DNA of 64,000 nucleotides, from the NCBI GenBank assembly GCA_964057225.1, contig OZ059897.1:5270001-5334000 (forward strand), written 5' to 3'. Origin of the DNA: Auanema rhodensis (taxonomy: Eukaryota; Animalia; Nematoda). The notes under the pieces were generated by a model that searched no databases, was not told where the DNA came from, and saw only the letters and a program-made list of their open reading frames with translations. A program made the position numbers and the translations under genes. Every line of letters begins with the position of its first letter. Position 1 is the first letter of the stretch. Shown piece after piece: positions 36,698 through 47,379 of the stretch.

Positions 36698-39600
36698 ATG
36701 GCTGCTAACAGGTTGTGTTTTTTCCTATTTTTTTTTTAAATTAAAATATTTATTTTCAGTTATAAGCGTGTATGTGAAGAGTTGGGGTTCGATTATGAGG
36801 AAATTTATCAACTCAGGTAATTTAACAATATTTTTAAAATATACATCTTTGTTTTTTTTTTAGTAAGCGCATAAAACTTACCGAGAGTGGTGGTGTTGAG
36901 CTGTGTGACCCCGCAATAACCACTTCCAATAGTGGTCCCTCGTCATCGAGGGTTATTGAAGTTATCACCTTGGATGACAGCGATAATGAGTAAGCTATCA
37001 TATAATGAAAAAGCATGAAATTTTTTTTTTTTCAGAGAATGGAATCCCGAGATGCCATCAACTAGTGGAGAACAATTAGGAGGCGGTTCATCCTTCAACG
37101 ATGTTTGTCAAATAAAGGTACGAGCTTTTAACCTTTTTTTTTTTTTTTTTTCATGTTACAATTCTTTTCACTCTATATCTTTTATTTGATTACATATCTT
37201 GAGCAATTTTGAATTCTGCCATCTATTTTTAAACAAATCATCATACATTTGGTGGCTTTTTGAAAAATAAAATAAAATCTTATCCCAAATCCATGCCATA
37301 ATATCATTCATTAAATTTTTATTCATTAAAATACACTTAAATTTAAATATTTTGATGCTCAAAAACTGACACATTTAATTATTTTGTATTTTTTAAATCA
37401 TTTCACTCCATCTCTTTTATTTAATTTCATATTTTAAACAATTTTAAATTTTTACCACTACTTTATAATTTTTATTTATTAAACTTTTTAATCATTAAAT
37501 TACACTTAAATTTAAATATTGTGATGCTCAAAAACTGAAACATGAAATTGATTTATATTTTCTAAGCCATTTCACTTCATCTCTTTTATTTAATCACATA
37601 TCTTGAACAAATTTAAATTTCTATCACTTTTTCATAATTTCGTTTATTAAATTTTTAATCACTAAAAAACATTTAAATTTCAATATTGTGATGCTCAAAA
37701 ACTGAAACATTTAAATATTTTGTATTTTCTAAACCATTTCACTTCATCTCTTTTATTTCTATATATTTTAAACAATTTTATAATTCTACTATTATTTAAT
37801 TTTTATTTATTAAATTTTTAAACCTTAAAAAAAAAAATGATGCTCAAAAACTGAAACATTTAAATATTTTGTATTTTTCTAATCGTTTTGAAACAAACTA
37901 AGCATATATTTGAAAACATTTCAATTAAATAAAAAAAAATAACGACTATAACAAACAAAGAGACATAATAATTTTAAGCAAAAGATGAAACAATTCATAT
38001 ATATTCTTAAAACTATTTTTATTTAAACTTTAAAAAAAAAATAAAAAAGCATGTAAACTGTTATAAATGTTGTTTATTATAGTGGTCACACCGGCGCATA
38101 AAACGCACCGGTCGTTTTACCAACGTGGTCGTTCGATCGCTCACGTTCCCACACTTGGAAAATGTTGATGAACCAATGCATGTTATCATGCCGCGGTTAT
38201 TCAACGAATTCCTTGATCGTTGTCTTGCTGAAAGCGGTGTGCCTGATAAGCAAAAAGCCTTATTTTGTTTATCAATTGAGCACCCTTCCTTTGAAAAGGG
38301 CTCCATATTTATGGACTTTCGTAGAAGGGAGCATCTGGATGGCGTAGCCATTATGAATGCCATCAGCAAGGTGCAGCAATCAAAACGAGAGGCTGTGATC
38401 AGCCAGGCAATGAATATTGAGATGTATGTGTTTGATGAAAGGCCAGCGCAGCCAAGCCTGATGCCTGGTGAAGGTAGAGTCGGGTTTTATTTTGACCCCG
38501 AACTCAAAATACCTGGAACCATTGCCAACACTGACTCACATTGTCTGGCTAGATCAGCAGTTGTGGGAATGTGGAAAGCTGACGAGCTGGACACTGAAGA
38601 TGGCGATGAGAAGCGAAGGCTGCAAAACCTTCGTCGCAATTACATCTTATTGCCAAATCAGCCACACCATATCAATTTATTAAATAGGTGTGGTATTTCT
38701 GTAGATTTACCAAATTATAATTTAATTCATTTAAACATTATTGCCAGCTGTAATACAAACTATAAGTTTGTAGTATATGCTAGACCGCCTGGACAGCGTA
38801 TGTACACTATCCAGAAAATATTTAATGAAGCGGCTAGCAAATTGGTAACACTAGGTTACCGAAATAATCACTATGATTGTATTACAGCTGGTAGTCGTTC
38901 GAAAATTTTTGATGGTATTATATGTCAACACTGTAAGTTATCTTACAATACAGTGTTGCATAGATGTAAAGCCAAATGTAAAAAATGCCACACCTATAAT
39001 TGTAATGCGATGGGGAATGTGGTTGAGAGTAGCGTGAGGTGTGATAGTTGTAGAGTTTTGTTTAAAACTCAACAATGCTTCGATAGGCATTTGCGAAAAG
39101 CCTGCCGAAAATTCAAGGTATTTTGTGAAAATTTAAAGTTGTACATAACAAGCTTAAATTCAGACATGTGTGGCGTGTGATCACTATCACATGGTCCGTG
39201 CTGATAGACCGCACAATTGCAATGAAAAATTCTGCAAAAAGTGCGGTCAGACAAAGCCTGAAGAGCACTCTTGTTGTTGGGTTCCACCTAACGACAAGAA
39301 GAAGGCTCAGCTAAAAAAGAAGCAAGAAAAGTTCAAGGTTTGTATTTAACATCTTTACAAGTGTAATGCTTACTTGTTTAAGATTATATTTTATGACTTT
39401 GAAACAGTTGTGTTAAAAAACGGCACAAATGTTCATGAATATGCAGATGAACAATGGCCCAATATGGTTGTGTATAACAAATTTTGTGAAAGTTGTATAG
39501 ATGCCAATTCCTGTGAGAAATGCACAACCAAGGAGGGCCATTTTGGGTACCAACAAGGTGATAGTGAATGGTCTGTAACAGATCGTTTCCTTGATTGGTT

Positions 39601-42313
39601 ACTCAACTTTTCTGAGAATGATAATGCAATTTTGATTGCGCACAACGGGTCGCGCTTTGACATACATTTCTTGGTGTCTAGGCTGATAAACCGTGGAATA
39701 TATCCTGACCCCATTTTAAATGGGACCAAGATTATTAGCATGGTTGTCAAGCCATTAAGAGGTCAAAACATTAACCATTTATGTTTTAAAGATAGTTATT
39801 TACTAGTGCCTTTACCCTTATCAGCGTTACCCAAGGCATTTGGTGTACCTGATATGAGTAAAGGACAATTCCCATACCTCTTTAACCACCCAATAAATTA
39901 TGGCAAAGTGCTACCATCCTTGCCACCAAAGCATTACTATTGTACTGCTAGAATGAAAGCAGAAGACCTAGCTTCATTCAATATTTGGTATGAGGAGCGT
40001 AATCAAAGTGTGTTTGATTTTGATGAGGAGCTTCTGGAATATTGTAGGACAGATGTCCGTATTTTAACCAACTGTATGAAAGTGTACATGAAGTTGGCAA
40101 CCGCCACCACTGGCTGGAATCCTGTCATACAATGTATGACATTTGCCAGTTTCTCTTTATTCCAGGCAAGTTTTTTAAAATACAAGCATTTTCAAAACTA
40201 GTATATTACAGTTGAAAATGAACCACATTAAAGAGAACCAAGTGGGTATTCTGCCTGAGACTGGTTATTATGCCGGCCAGAAGCAGAGTATAATTGCCAT
40301 AAAATACATTAAATGGCTAGAACACGGATTAGGCCGCCCATTAATGCATAAGCTTAATGGTGGTGAATTTGTTGTGAGAGTAGATGGCCAACGCTATCTA
40401 CTTGATGCTTATGACAGTGTGGCTAATCACGGCTATGAGGTGAGTAATTTGTAATAAATGTAAAAAAATGTAAAAATTTTGTAGTTTAATGGCTGTATTT
40501 ATCATGGTTGCCCCCAGTGCACCAACAAGACTGCTATTGCACCAGGCAGAAATGGTGAAACAATGGAAGAGGTAATTGTGACTTTTTTAATCATTTTAAG
40601 CTGAAACATTTAGGTTTATGAAAAAACCATGAAAAGGCTTGAGGCTATTCAAAGCCAGGGCATTAGTGTAACCACTGTGTGGGAACACGAAATTACTGCT
40701 CAAATGTCATCAAATGAGCAAATGGCAAATTTTATGAAGGACACTGAGGTTGTAACTCGATTGGCACCTCGAGATGCCTTCACCGGCGGCCGAACTCAAA
40801 CATATAAGCTTCTGGCCCAAGCTTCGGATAGATACTCACTAGAGTATGTGGACTTTTGTTCACTTTATCCATATGTAACGGCATTTGATGCCTATTACCC
40901 TGTGGGTAATCCTAAAGTGATTACTGAGGGCTTTGAGAGTTTTGAGGCATGCTGCCCATACAAGGGCCTTGTGAAATGTGACGTGCTTGCACCCACAAAT
41001 TTGTTGTATCCTGTATTAGGAACACGCATAGGCGGTAAATTAATTTTTACAAACTGCCGCACATGTGCAAACAGAGGCAAAAATGTAACATGCCCGCACC
41101 AAGATGATGAAGACGCTCGAAAGCTGCATCTGACTGTAACGCATGTAGAGCTCGAATGTGCCATACAGCGTGGCTACAAAGTGCTTCATGTTTATGAGGT
41201 TTGGCACTGGGATGAATGGCAGCAAGGCGGCCTATTCAAGGATTTTGTACAAAAGTACATAAAAATTAAGCAAGAGGCATCGGGCTGGCCTAAGCCAAAT
41301 ATGACAGAGGCTGAAAAGGTATGTGTCATGAAAAGTATGGCATTAAATAGAATTTTACAGCTAAAATATCTCCAAGAGCACGAGGAGAACACTGGTGTTG
41401 CTCTGGAGAGCAACAAAATTGAAAAGAATGCGGCCATGCGTAGCATTGCCAAACTACAGCTGAATAGGTATGTAAACTTTTAAAAATAAAAATTTACAAA
41501 TTTGCTTATAGTGTATGGGGTAAAATGGGTCAAAGACCGGATAAAGCCCAAACCAAGATTATTGGTGTTGAGGATCCTGAAATTGGTAGGATCATAACTG
41601 ATCCAGCAAGGGAACTAACGGGCTTCAAAATTGTGGACGATGTGGCGTACTGTACAACAGTGCCAGAAGACTCACACTTGGCACCAGCGCCATTTACAAA
41701 TGTAGCCATAGCGGCTTATACAACCGCTCATGCAAGGCTACTATTGTATAAGGCAATGGAAAAATTTGGAAAGAACTTGGTGTATACAGGTAATTTTATA
41801 ATTTGTATACAATTTAAACGTACATCATTTAGACACCGATTCTCTAATTTATTTAAAATGCCTCGATCAGCCTGATCCAATTGAGGATATGAAGGGTGAA
41901 TGGTTAGGTAAACTAACCTCAGAAATACCCGATGGTTGGTCAATGACCAAATTTGTTTCACCAGCTGCAAAAGTTTATAGTTATGAGCTAGTAAATGCAG
42001 CTGGTCAGGTCAAGTATATCACCAAGGCAAAGGGAGTGGTAAGTATAAAAATATATTATTGAGAAACTTTTTAAAATTACAGACGCTGGACCACACGGCA
42101 GCCACCGTGGTAAACTATCAAAGTATGGAGCGATTGGTTCGAGGACTCGTGATGGATGGAGAAAAATTGGTTTTAAAAACCAAAACAACGTTATTAAAGA
42201 GGCAGCTTGGTGCCATATCCACGATGGACATGACAAAGAGTACCAAGGTCGTAATGGATAAACTTTGTTATCTAGACGATTATAGTACTTTACCCTATGG
42301 TTATTGTGAATAA
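36698..42313 (+). CDS. Protein-primed family B DNA polymerase (pPolB), 14 exons, about 1,370 aa
   Basis: Exons 36698-36711, 36760-36816, 36864-36989, 37036-37117, 38083-39117, 39164-39337, 39383-40165, 40212-40439, 40485-40571, 40614-41318, 41361-41467, 41512-41789, 41833-42038, 42083-42313 sum to 4,113 nt in frame. Motifs: YDFET, HNGSRFD, DFCSLYP, KLQLNSVWGK, YTDTDS, KAKGV. The first four exons are less certain. Confidence 0.9.
37320..37880. repeat. AT-rich tandem repeat (units about 150-169 bp) in pPolB intron 4
   Basis: TGATGCTCAAAAACTGA at 37353, 37522, 37689 and 37838. Confidence 0.8.
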
Positions 42314-42451
42314 TTTTTAATATATTTGAATTTATAAATTTTATTATTGCGTGTATATTTGTATATGGTTGTATTTATAGATTTTTATGTATAGTTGTAT
42401 TAATAAATTTTATTCTTCTCATCAAATGTTTTAAAGAGTTTATTACATACA

Positions 42452-43786
42452 TTACAAACTGGTATCAATATATGGAGCACGATTGTTGTCAATTGAAAGA
42501 ATAGAGTCATATTCTGCATAAACAATAGCATATAAACCCTCTTGCGGCGTTTGTTGACCAAATTCCAATTTCAGGGCCACATTACCTTGTCGTATAACAT
42601 CAAATAACTCGGACGAGTGTACAGTCGGTGAAATATCAAATACAAAAAATGTGAAGCCGGTTTTATACATTGCTGGTGTAATACCATTGGATGAATCTGT
42701 ACGACCAAGACCCAAACCTTCCAACATGTCAATATATGCTGTGGCATAGGAAGAACGCCATTCTAAATTATAAGGGCGGGTAGGTATTACCCGATTGTTG
42801 AGCGTCAAGTATATATTTTTCAATTCAAACGGTTTAAAGTTGAATGGCGAATGTTTAAAAGTACCATTATAGGCGTGTGCGCCGACAAGACCTACTACAA
42901 CACGTTTCGGTGTATGCGACGTGAATAATATGTTATTGGGTGAATCCAAACGGCCTCCTTCTATGAAATAAGAGCGCATTTTCACTGACGTCATGGGGTA
43001 GTGTATTCGTTCCTTTACAAGTTTATCTTCTATAGCCATAGCTAATCCAGCGTTTAGATCAAACTCTTGAATAAGCAAGTGCACATCGTTGATATCTATT
43101 TTCAGGTTTGGAAACTCCTCCTTCATTGCAGCATCCTTGCTTTCATTATTCCATCCAAGTGTGTCAATTAAGAAATTATCACGGTTTGGATATGCAGTTA
43201 GCTCCATTTTTGAATAGTTTACAAACAGTCGTTCCTGATTGAATAAGTCGATACTGATGGGAGCAGCCATCTCACACAATATGCCATTTTTAACAAGCCC
43301 TTGTCGCGCTCTAAAGCCAGGACTGGCTGCATTATCTATATATCTATCCGCATAATAGCCTGATATGGCAAGTTTGCTCTCTTTAACATCGTTGCTATAC
43401 ATTAGAATATTCTCAATATATGTTTTGTAGGCATGATTTACGGTAGAGTCATACACGCTAACATCACCAATTTTTAAATGATACGAGTGTATCAAACTGG
43501 CTGCAAATTGTTGGCATGGTGCAAAAACAAGGTTGTCTGGTACTGGATCACCGTTTGTGGTTACAATTTTGAATTTTACATTCAACCAACACCTTCTCAG
43601 ATTAAGAAATGATTTGGAATTTTGGGCTATAACAAATTCCCATGGTCCTTGAGGAAGAAAAGTATTTTTTAAAGGAACTTGTACAGTACGAGTGGATTCA
43701 ACACCTAATGCCGACGCCGGTATGTCACTATAATTAATATTAGGTAAAAGTGCTTGTGCTGATTTTGAATCTATCAATTTAGCCAT
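42452..43786 (-). CDS. Major capsid protein (double jelly-roll), 444 aa, intact
   Basis: PKRVVVGLV...YNG...PFNFKPF and FFVFDISP motifs typical of Polinton MCP. Confidence 0.92.
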   Translation of the reverse strand: MAKLIDSKSAQALLPNINYSDIPASALGVESTRTVQVPLKNTFLPQGPWEFVIAQNSKSFLNLRRCWLNVKFKIVTTNGDPVPDNLVFAPCQQFAASLIHSYHLKIGDVSVYDSTVNHAYKTYIENILMYSNDVKESKLAISGYYADRYIDNAASPGFRARQGLVKNGILCEMAAPISIDLFNQERLFVNYSKMELTAYPNRDNFLIDTLGWNNESKDAAMKEEFPNLKIDINDVHLLIQEFDLNAGLAMAIEDKLVKERIHYPMTSVKMRSYFIEGGRLDSPNNILFTSHTPKRVVVGLVGAHAYNGTFKHSPFNFKPFELKNIYLTLNNRVIPTRPYNLEWRSSYATAYIDMLEGLGLGRTDSSNGITPAMYKTGFTFFVFDISPTVHSSELFDVIRQGNVALKLEFGQQTPQEGLYAIVYAEYDSILSIDNNRAPYIDTSL

Positions 43787-44239
43787 TTAAATACGATACG
43801 ACCGCTCACGAGTTATGCACAGACGCTTATGAGGTTTTGTGGTTTTGCGTCGTCGCCGCTTGCCCAAACCGGTAAGATCTCGTATAGCCTGCCGGCCGGC
43901 TGTTTTAAGAGTTTGCTTGATATTATCGCCCTTGAGCACCCCATCAACAATTTCATTGCTAGTTTTTAGCAACTGGCCGCCAAGAGGTGAATTTACAACT
44001 GGACTATTGCTTACAGCACTGGATAATGCATTCCTTCCAGCATTGATGAGATTTTGGGCTATAGGTGATTGAATAATGCGTGGTAAAAACGATGCCAATG
44101 TTGCCAGTATACCACCCAGGCCATGACCTCTCTGCATACCACGTTGAAACATCATTCCACTAAATGGCGCCCCACCCATTTGTTGATTCAAAAGTGTTGT
44201 CCATTGAATTGAGTTCAAGTCTAGAAGGAGGTGTGGCAT
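43787..44239 (-). CDS. Gly-rich amphipathic/basic protein
   Basis: Same translation as the outer copy. Confidence 0.75.
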   Translation of the reverse strand: MPHLLLDLNSIQWTTLLNQQMGGAPFSGMMFQRGMQRGHGLGGILATLASFLPRIIQSPIAQNLINAGRNALSSAVSNSPVVNSPLGGQLLKTSNEIVDGVLKGDNIKQTLKTAGRQAIRDLTGLGKRRRRKTTKPHKRLCITRERSYRI

Positions 44240-44289
44240 ATTGAACCGCACGTGCGCAATACAAAAGTTACACTAGATCATTTTACTAA

Positions 44290-44745
44290 ATGTATTCGTC
44301 TGAAATAGCGTCACTATTGCGATCTGTCCGCATCACTCGAAAACTATTCCTCGGTGTATTTAGCGCGGATACTCTACCCAAAACACGTCGAAAGAACTTT
44401 GCACTTGTTGTAAATACTGACACACACGATAAACCGGGCACACATTGGCAAGTCATCTTTGTACGTAATGATCAAGCCTACTTTTTCTGTAGCTTGGGTT
44501 ATAAAATGAACAAGTACATTCGTCATTATCTGGCCAAATATAAAAATGTAAAAGTTAATACTTGCAAACCACAACGCATAATTGAATACACTTGTGGTGG
44601 TTATGCAATATTTGTAATACTAATGTTGTCAGCTGGTAATACATTTGAAAGCATTTGTTCATTTTTTAAACTATTACAAAACGATGATGTCTTTATTAAA
44701 GCGTTTATGCATAAAGTATTCGACTATAAATTATCTAGCATATGA
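44290..44745 (+). CDS. Adenain-like cysteine protease
   Basis: GTHW and TCGGY motifs. Confidence 0.93.
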   Translation: MYSSEIASLLRSVRITRKLFLGVFSADTLPKTRRKNFALVVNTDTHDKPGTHWQVIFVRNDQAYFFCSLGYKMNKYIRHYLAKYKNVKVNTCKPQRIIEYTCGGYAIFVILMLSAGNTFESICSFFKLLQNDDVFIKAFMHKVFDYKLSSI

Positions 44746-44791
44746 TCAACCTCGCCATTAAAACGTCACCTGCTACATTAGGTGGTCAGTT

Positions 44792-44962
44792 ATGAATATT
44801 CCCTGTCACTGTGAATTATGTATAAGATACACGTTGGAACAATCTGTGCCAACACCCCTGTACAAAAAGATTTTGAAACGTATTTCAGTGCCATTCATTA
44901 AAGGAATATCTCTGGGACTAGGCTTTTGTACAACACTAGTCATTATTCCACTCATTATATAA
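44792..44962 (+). CDS. 56-aa putative tail-anchored membrane protein (not in ORF track)
   Basis: MNIPCHCELCIRYTLEQSVPTPLYKKILKRISVPFIKGISLGLGFCTTLVIIPLII*; fills the gap between protease and zinc-finger gene. Confidence 0.55.
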   Translation: MNIPCHCELCIRYTLEQSVPTPLYKKILKRISVPFIKGISLGLGFCTTLVIIPLII

Positions 44963-45003
44963 AAGTGAGTTGACTGTGTGTGGTTGTTTTTTATTTTCCT
45001 CTA

Positions 45004-45468
45004 ATGGAACTTTTATGTAACAAGTATTGTGTTACGTGCAAGGAAATATTTTCATCAGCCAAGCATTTTAGTGATCACGTATTAAAAAGACATGACGGGA
45101 TTCAACCCGTATGTAACAGTTATATCAGCAATGCTGACTTTATTCAAAAATATGGACATTTGGATGGTGTTCGTAGACGTTTGTGCCCTTATTGTAGTGA
45201 AACTTTTGGAACAAGATTCAATTGTCAGCGTCATATTCGGCGTCTTCATAATAGTAATGGAACGAATGGTAAAGATGGTGATGGAAATGATACCATCGAA
45301 CCCTCTGAAAAAACTGAGGAGTTTGTACAGTCAACCGAACCAAAACGATGCCGCTGCAATAGTAACCGAGAATATTCACAACACGAGCCGCGCATCGAAC
45401 AAAACGGCGCTGAACTACCTTTTAAACCTTCGAAAATCGTAATGTGGTCTTGTATAACTGTTGAATAA
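45004..45468 (+). CDS. Protein with two C2H2 zinc fingers
   Basis: Two CxxC-x12-HxxxxH fingers. Confidence 0.8.
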   Translation: MELLCNKYCVTCKEIFSSAKHFSDHVLKRHDGIQPVCNSYISNADFIQKYGHLDGVRRRLCPYCSETFGTRFNCQRHIRRLHNSNGTNGKDGDGNDTIEPSEKTEEFVQSTEPKRCRCNSNREYSQHEPRIEQNGAELPFKPSKIVMWSCITVE

Positions 45469-45473
45469 AACAT

Positions 45474-46331
45474 TTATTTCACATTTTTAACATGTAATGT
45501 AACAACTGTAGAACCATAATTAAATTGCATAGGGCGGCCAAATTCATCTAAAATTTCAATACGTATAGTATCGAGTGTTTGCTTAGTGATTGGTACATAA
45601 CGAATAGGATTAAATGTTTTGGCAATCATTTTACCAAATTCGGTGGGAGGTGGTACAGGTAAACATGCAAGTAAATTAGCTTTCACATTACCGAGAATGG
45701 AATATTCTACAATATCACAATATATATACATTGTATTAATGTTATTTGAAAAATCAATGGGGCGCCTGGCTGTTAACGTGTCGTTGATAATTTTATTCTC
45801 AAAGCCAAGAAAATATGCGAGAGCATCACCGAGTGTTGCATTCAATAATAGCCGCTTACTTGTTACAAACTCTATGCGTTGTAGTGTTTTGTTAAATCGA
45901 AACGTGGCGTCTGCCAGCATTTCCTTGACAAGTTTAGCCTCAGCTTGTCGATTATTATACCACTTTTTCACATCTTCATCTTTATCTATCAAACCCTTTA
46001 TACGTGCTTCTTCCTCAGCTCCAAGAGGTTTAGTGCTGCTAGCAATAAATTGTTCTTTTCCAGCATTGATTCCGCGTATTATTTCATCACCATTTGCATA
46101 GTTACCTTTGGGCAAGTGCAGAATAAACTTTCTGTTGGAAAAACGTAGTGTATAAGAAAGATTTTCTTGTACATTTAATATCGAACACGGAAAAATTATG
46201 TCTGTCAGCCCAATGCAATATCTGTTATTGCGTAGCCTTAATGTTTCAGGTAACCTGGTAAGAAACACTGATGAGGTATTACTTTTTTCAGAGTCAACTG
46301 ATGACGGCAAAGTAATGTAAAAGTCATCCAT
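45474..46331 (-). CDS. Minor capsid protein
   Basis: Motifs as in the outer copies. Confidence 0.88.
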   Translation of the reverse strand: MDDFYITLPSSVDSEKSNTSSVFLTRLPETLRLRNNRYCIGLTDIIFPCSILNVQENLSYTLRFSNRKFILHLPKGNYANGDEIIRGINAGKEQFIASSTKPLGAEEEARIKGLIDKDEDVKKWYNNRQAEAKLVKEMLADATFRFNKTLQRIEFVTSKRLLLNATLGDALAYFLGFENKIINDTLTARRPIDFSNNINTMYIYCDIVEYSILGNVKANLLACLPVPPPTEFGKMIAKTFNPIRYVPITKQTLDTIRIEILDEFGRPMQFNYGSTVVTLHVKNVK

Positions 46332-46410
46332 CACAGACCACCACCTGATGCGTGCACACTAGTATAAATGAAATCATTTGCATTATAGGTACATTTACGA
46401 GTGGTTGATT

Positions 46411-47058
46411 ATGGTTTTCAGCTTCAAACTACCCAGTCAGACAACTGTAATAGGGGCAACGCAATGTGGTAAAACTACCCTTATAAAACGTATATGTGAA
46501 AATACTGAAAAGTTTTTCAACGTCCCCATTGATAGAATATTCTGGTTCAGTCAATGTGGTACATCGTCAGGTGTTCCATTAAATGATGAGCGTTTAATAG
46601 TTATTCAAGGACCACCTGATCCGGATATAATAAAAGAGCAAAAGGGAGTAAACACCATACTAGTGCTGGATGATTTGATGAATTTTTTCTCATCGAATAA
46701 AGCGGCTAAAGAATTACTCAACAACATTTTTACAGTGTGGGCACATCACTGGAATTTGGCAGTGTTTAATCTTGTGCAAGCTGCATTTCAGCTAGACAGG
46801 ACCAGTCGAATTAATAGTACATATATAATACTGATGAAAAGTCATTCGGATATATTACAAATACGTAATTGTCTGCAACAATTATTTGGCCCCCGCTTTA
46901 AAAATGCTCTAGAAGCATATGATGATGCAATGTCTACACCCTATAGTCATTTACTGATTGACAACCATCCTTTAACAAATGAGAAACAGCGTATACTATC
47001 AGATATAACAGCGGAGCACCCTATTGTTTATGTAGCCAGAAATATATTCAGTGTTTAA
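46411..47058 (+). CDS. Packaging ATPase
   Basis: Walker A and Walker B present. Confidence 0.93.
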   Translation: MVFSFKLPSQTTVIGATQCGKTTLIKRICENTEKFFNVPIDRIFWFSQCGTSSGVPLNDERLIVIQGPPDPDIIKEQKGVNTILVLDDLMNFFSSNKAAKELLNNIFTVWAHHWNLAVFNLVQAAFQLDRTSRINSTYIILMKSHSDILQIRNCLQQLFGPRFKNALEAYDDAMSTPYSHLLIDNHPLTNEKQRILSDITAEHPIVYVARNIFSV

Positions 47059-47070
47059 TGTGCATGTTCA

Positions 47071-47379
47071 ATGAGTGGTCGTATTTTGTCAAATTACAAC
47101 TTTTTATCTTCTTGTGCCAAAACCCCTTGTTCTGTTTCCTCATTTTCTTTTTCACAAATTGAAATTATTGTTGAAATTGTATTTAATATTGTGAAAAATA
47201 ATAATTTTCTCTTAACTAACAAGGAATATAAAACCCTTTTGCCCATATCCTCATTATTACGTCAAATAGCTTTGATACGCACACCCGAAAAGGCTAAAAC
47301 TTTATTGGCAACGATTTCACACAAACAATTGAAAACAATAGTTTCATGCGGAATTGCTTATTTTGGTTTTAAAAGATGA
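47071..47379 (+). CDS. 102-aa Maverick protein
   Basis: Conserved across copies. Confidence 0.75.
   Translation: MSGRILSNYNFLSSCAKTPCSVSSFSFSQIEIIVEIVFNIVKNNNFLLTNKEYKTLLPISSLLRQIALIRTPEKAKTLLATISHKQLKTIVSCGIAYFGFKR

Noticed and set aside
38125-42313. pPolB as a fragmented pseudogene or several separate genes
   Set aside because: All breaks are resolved by short introns that restore the catalytic motifs.
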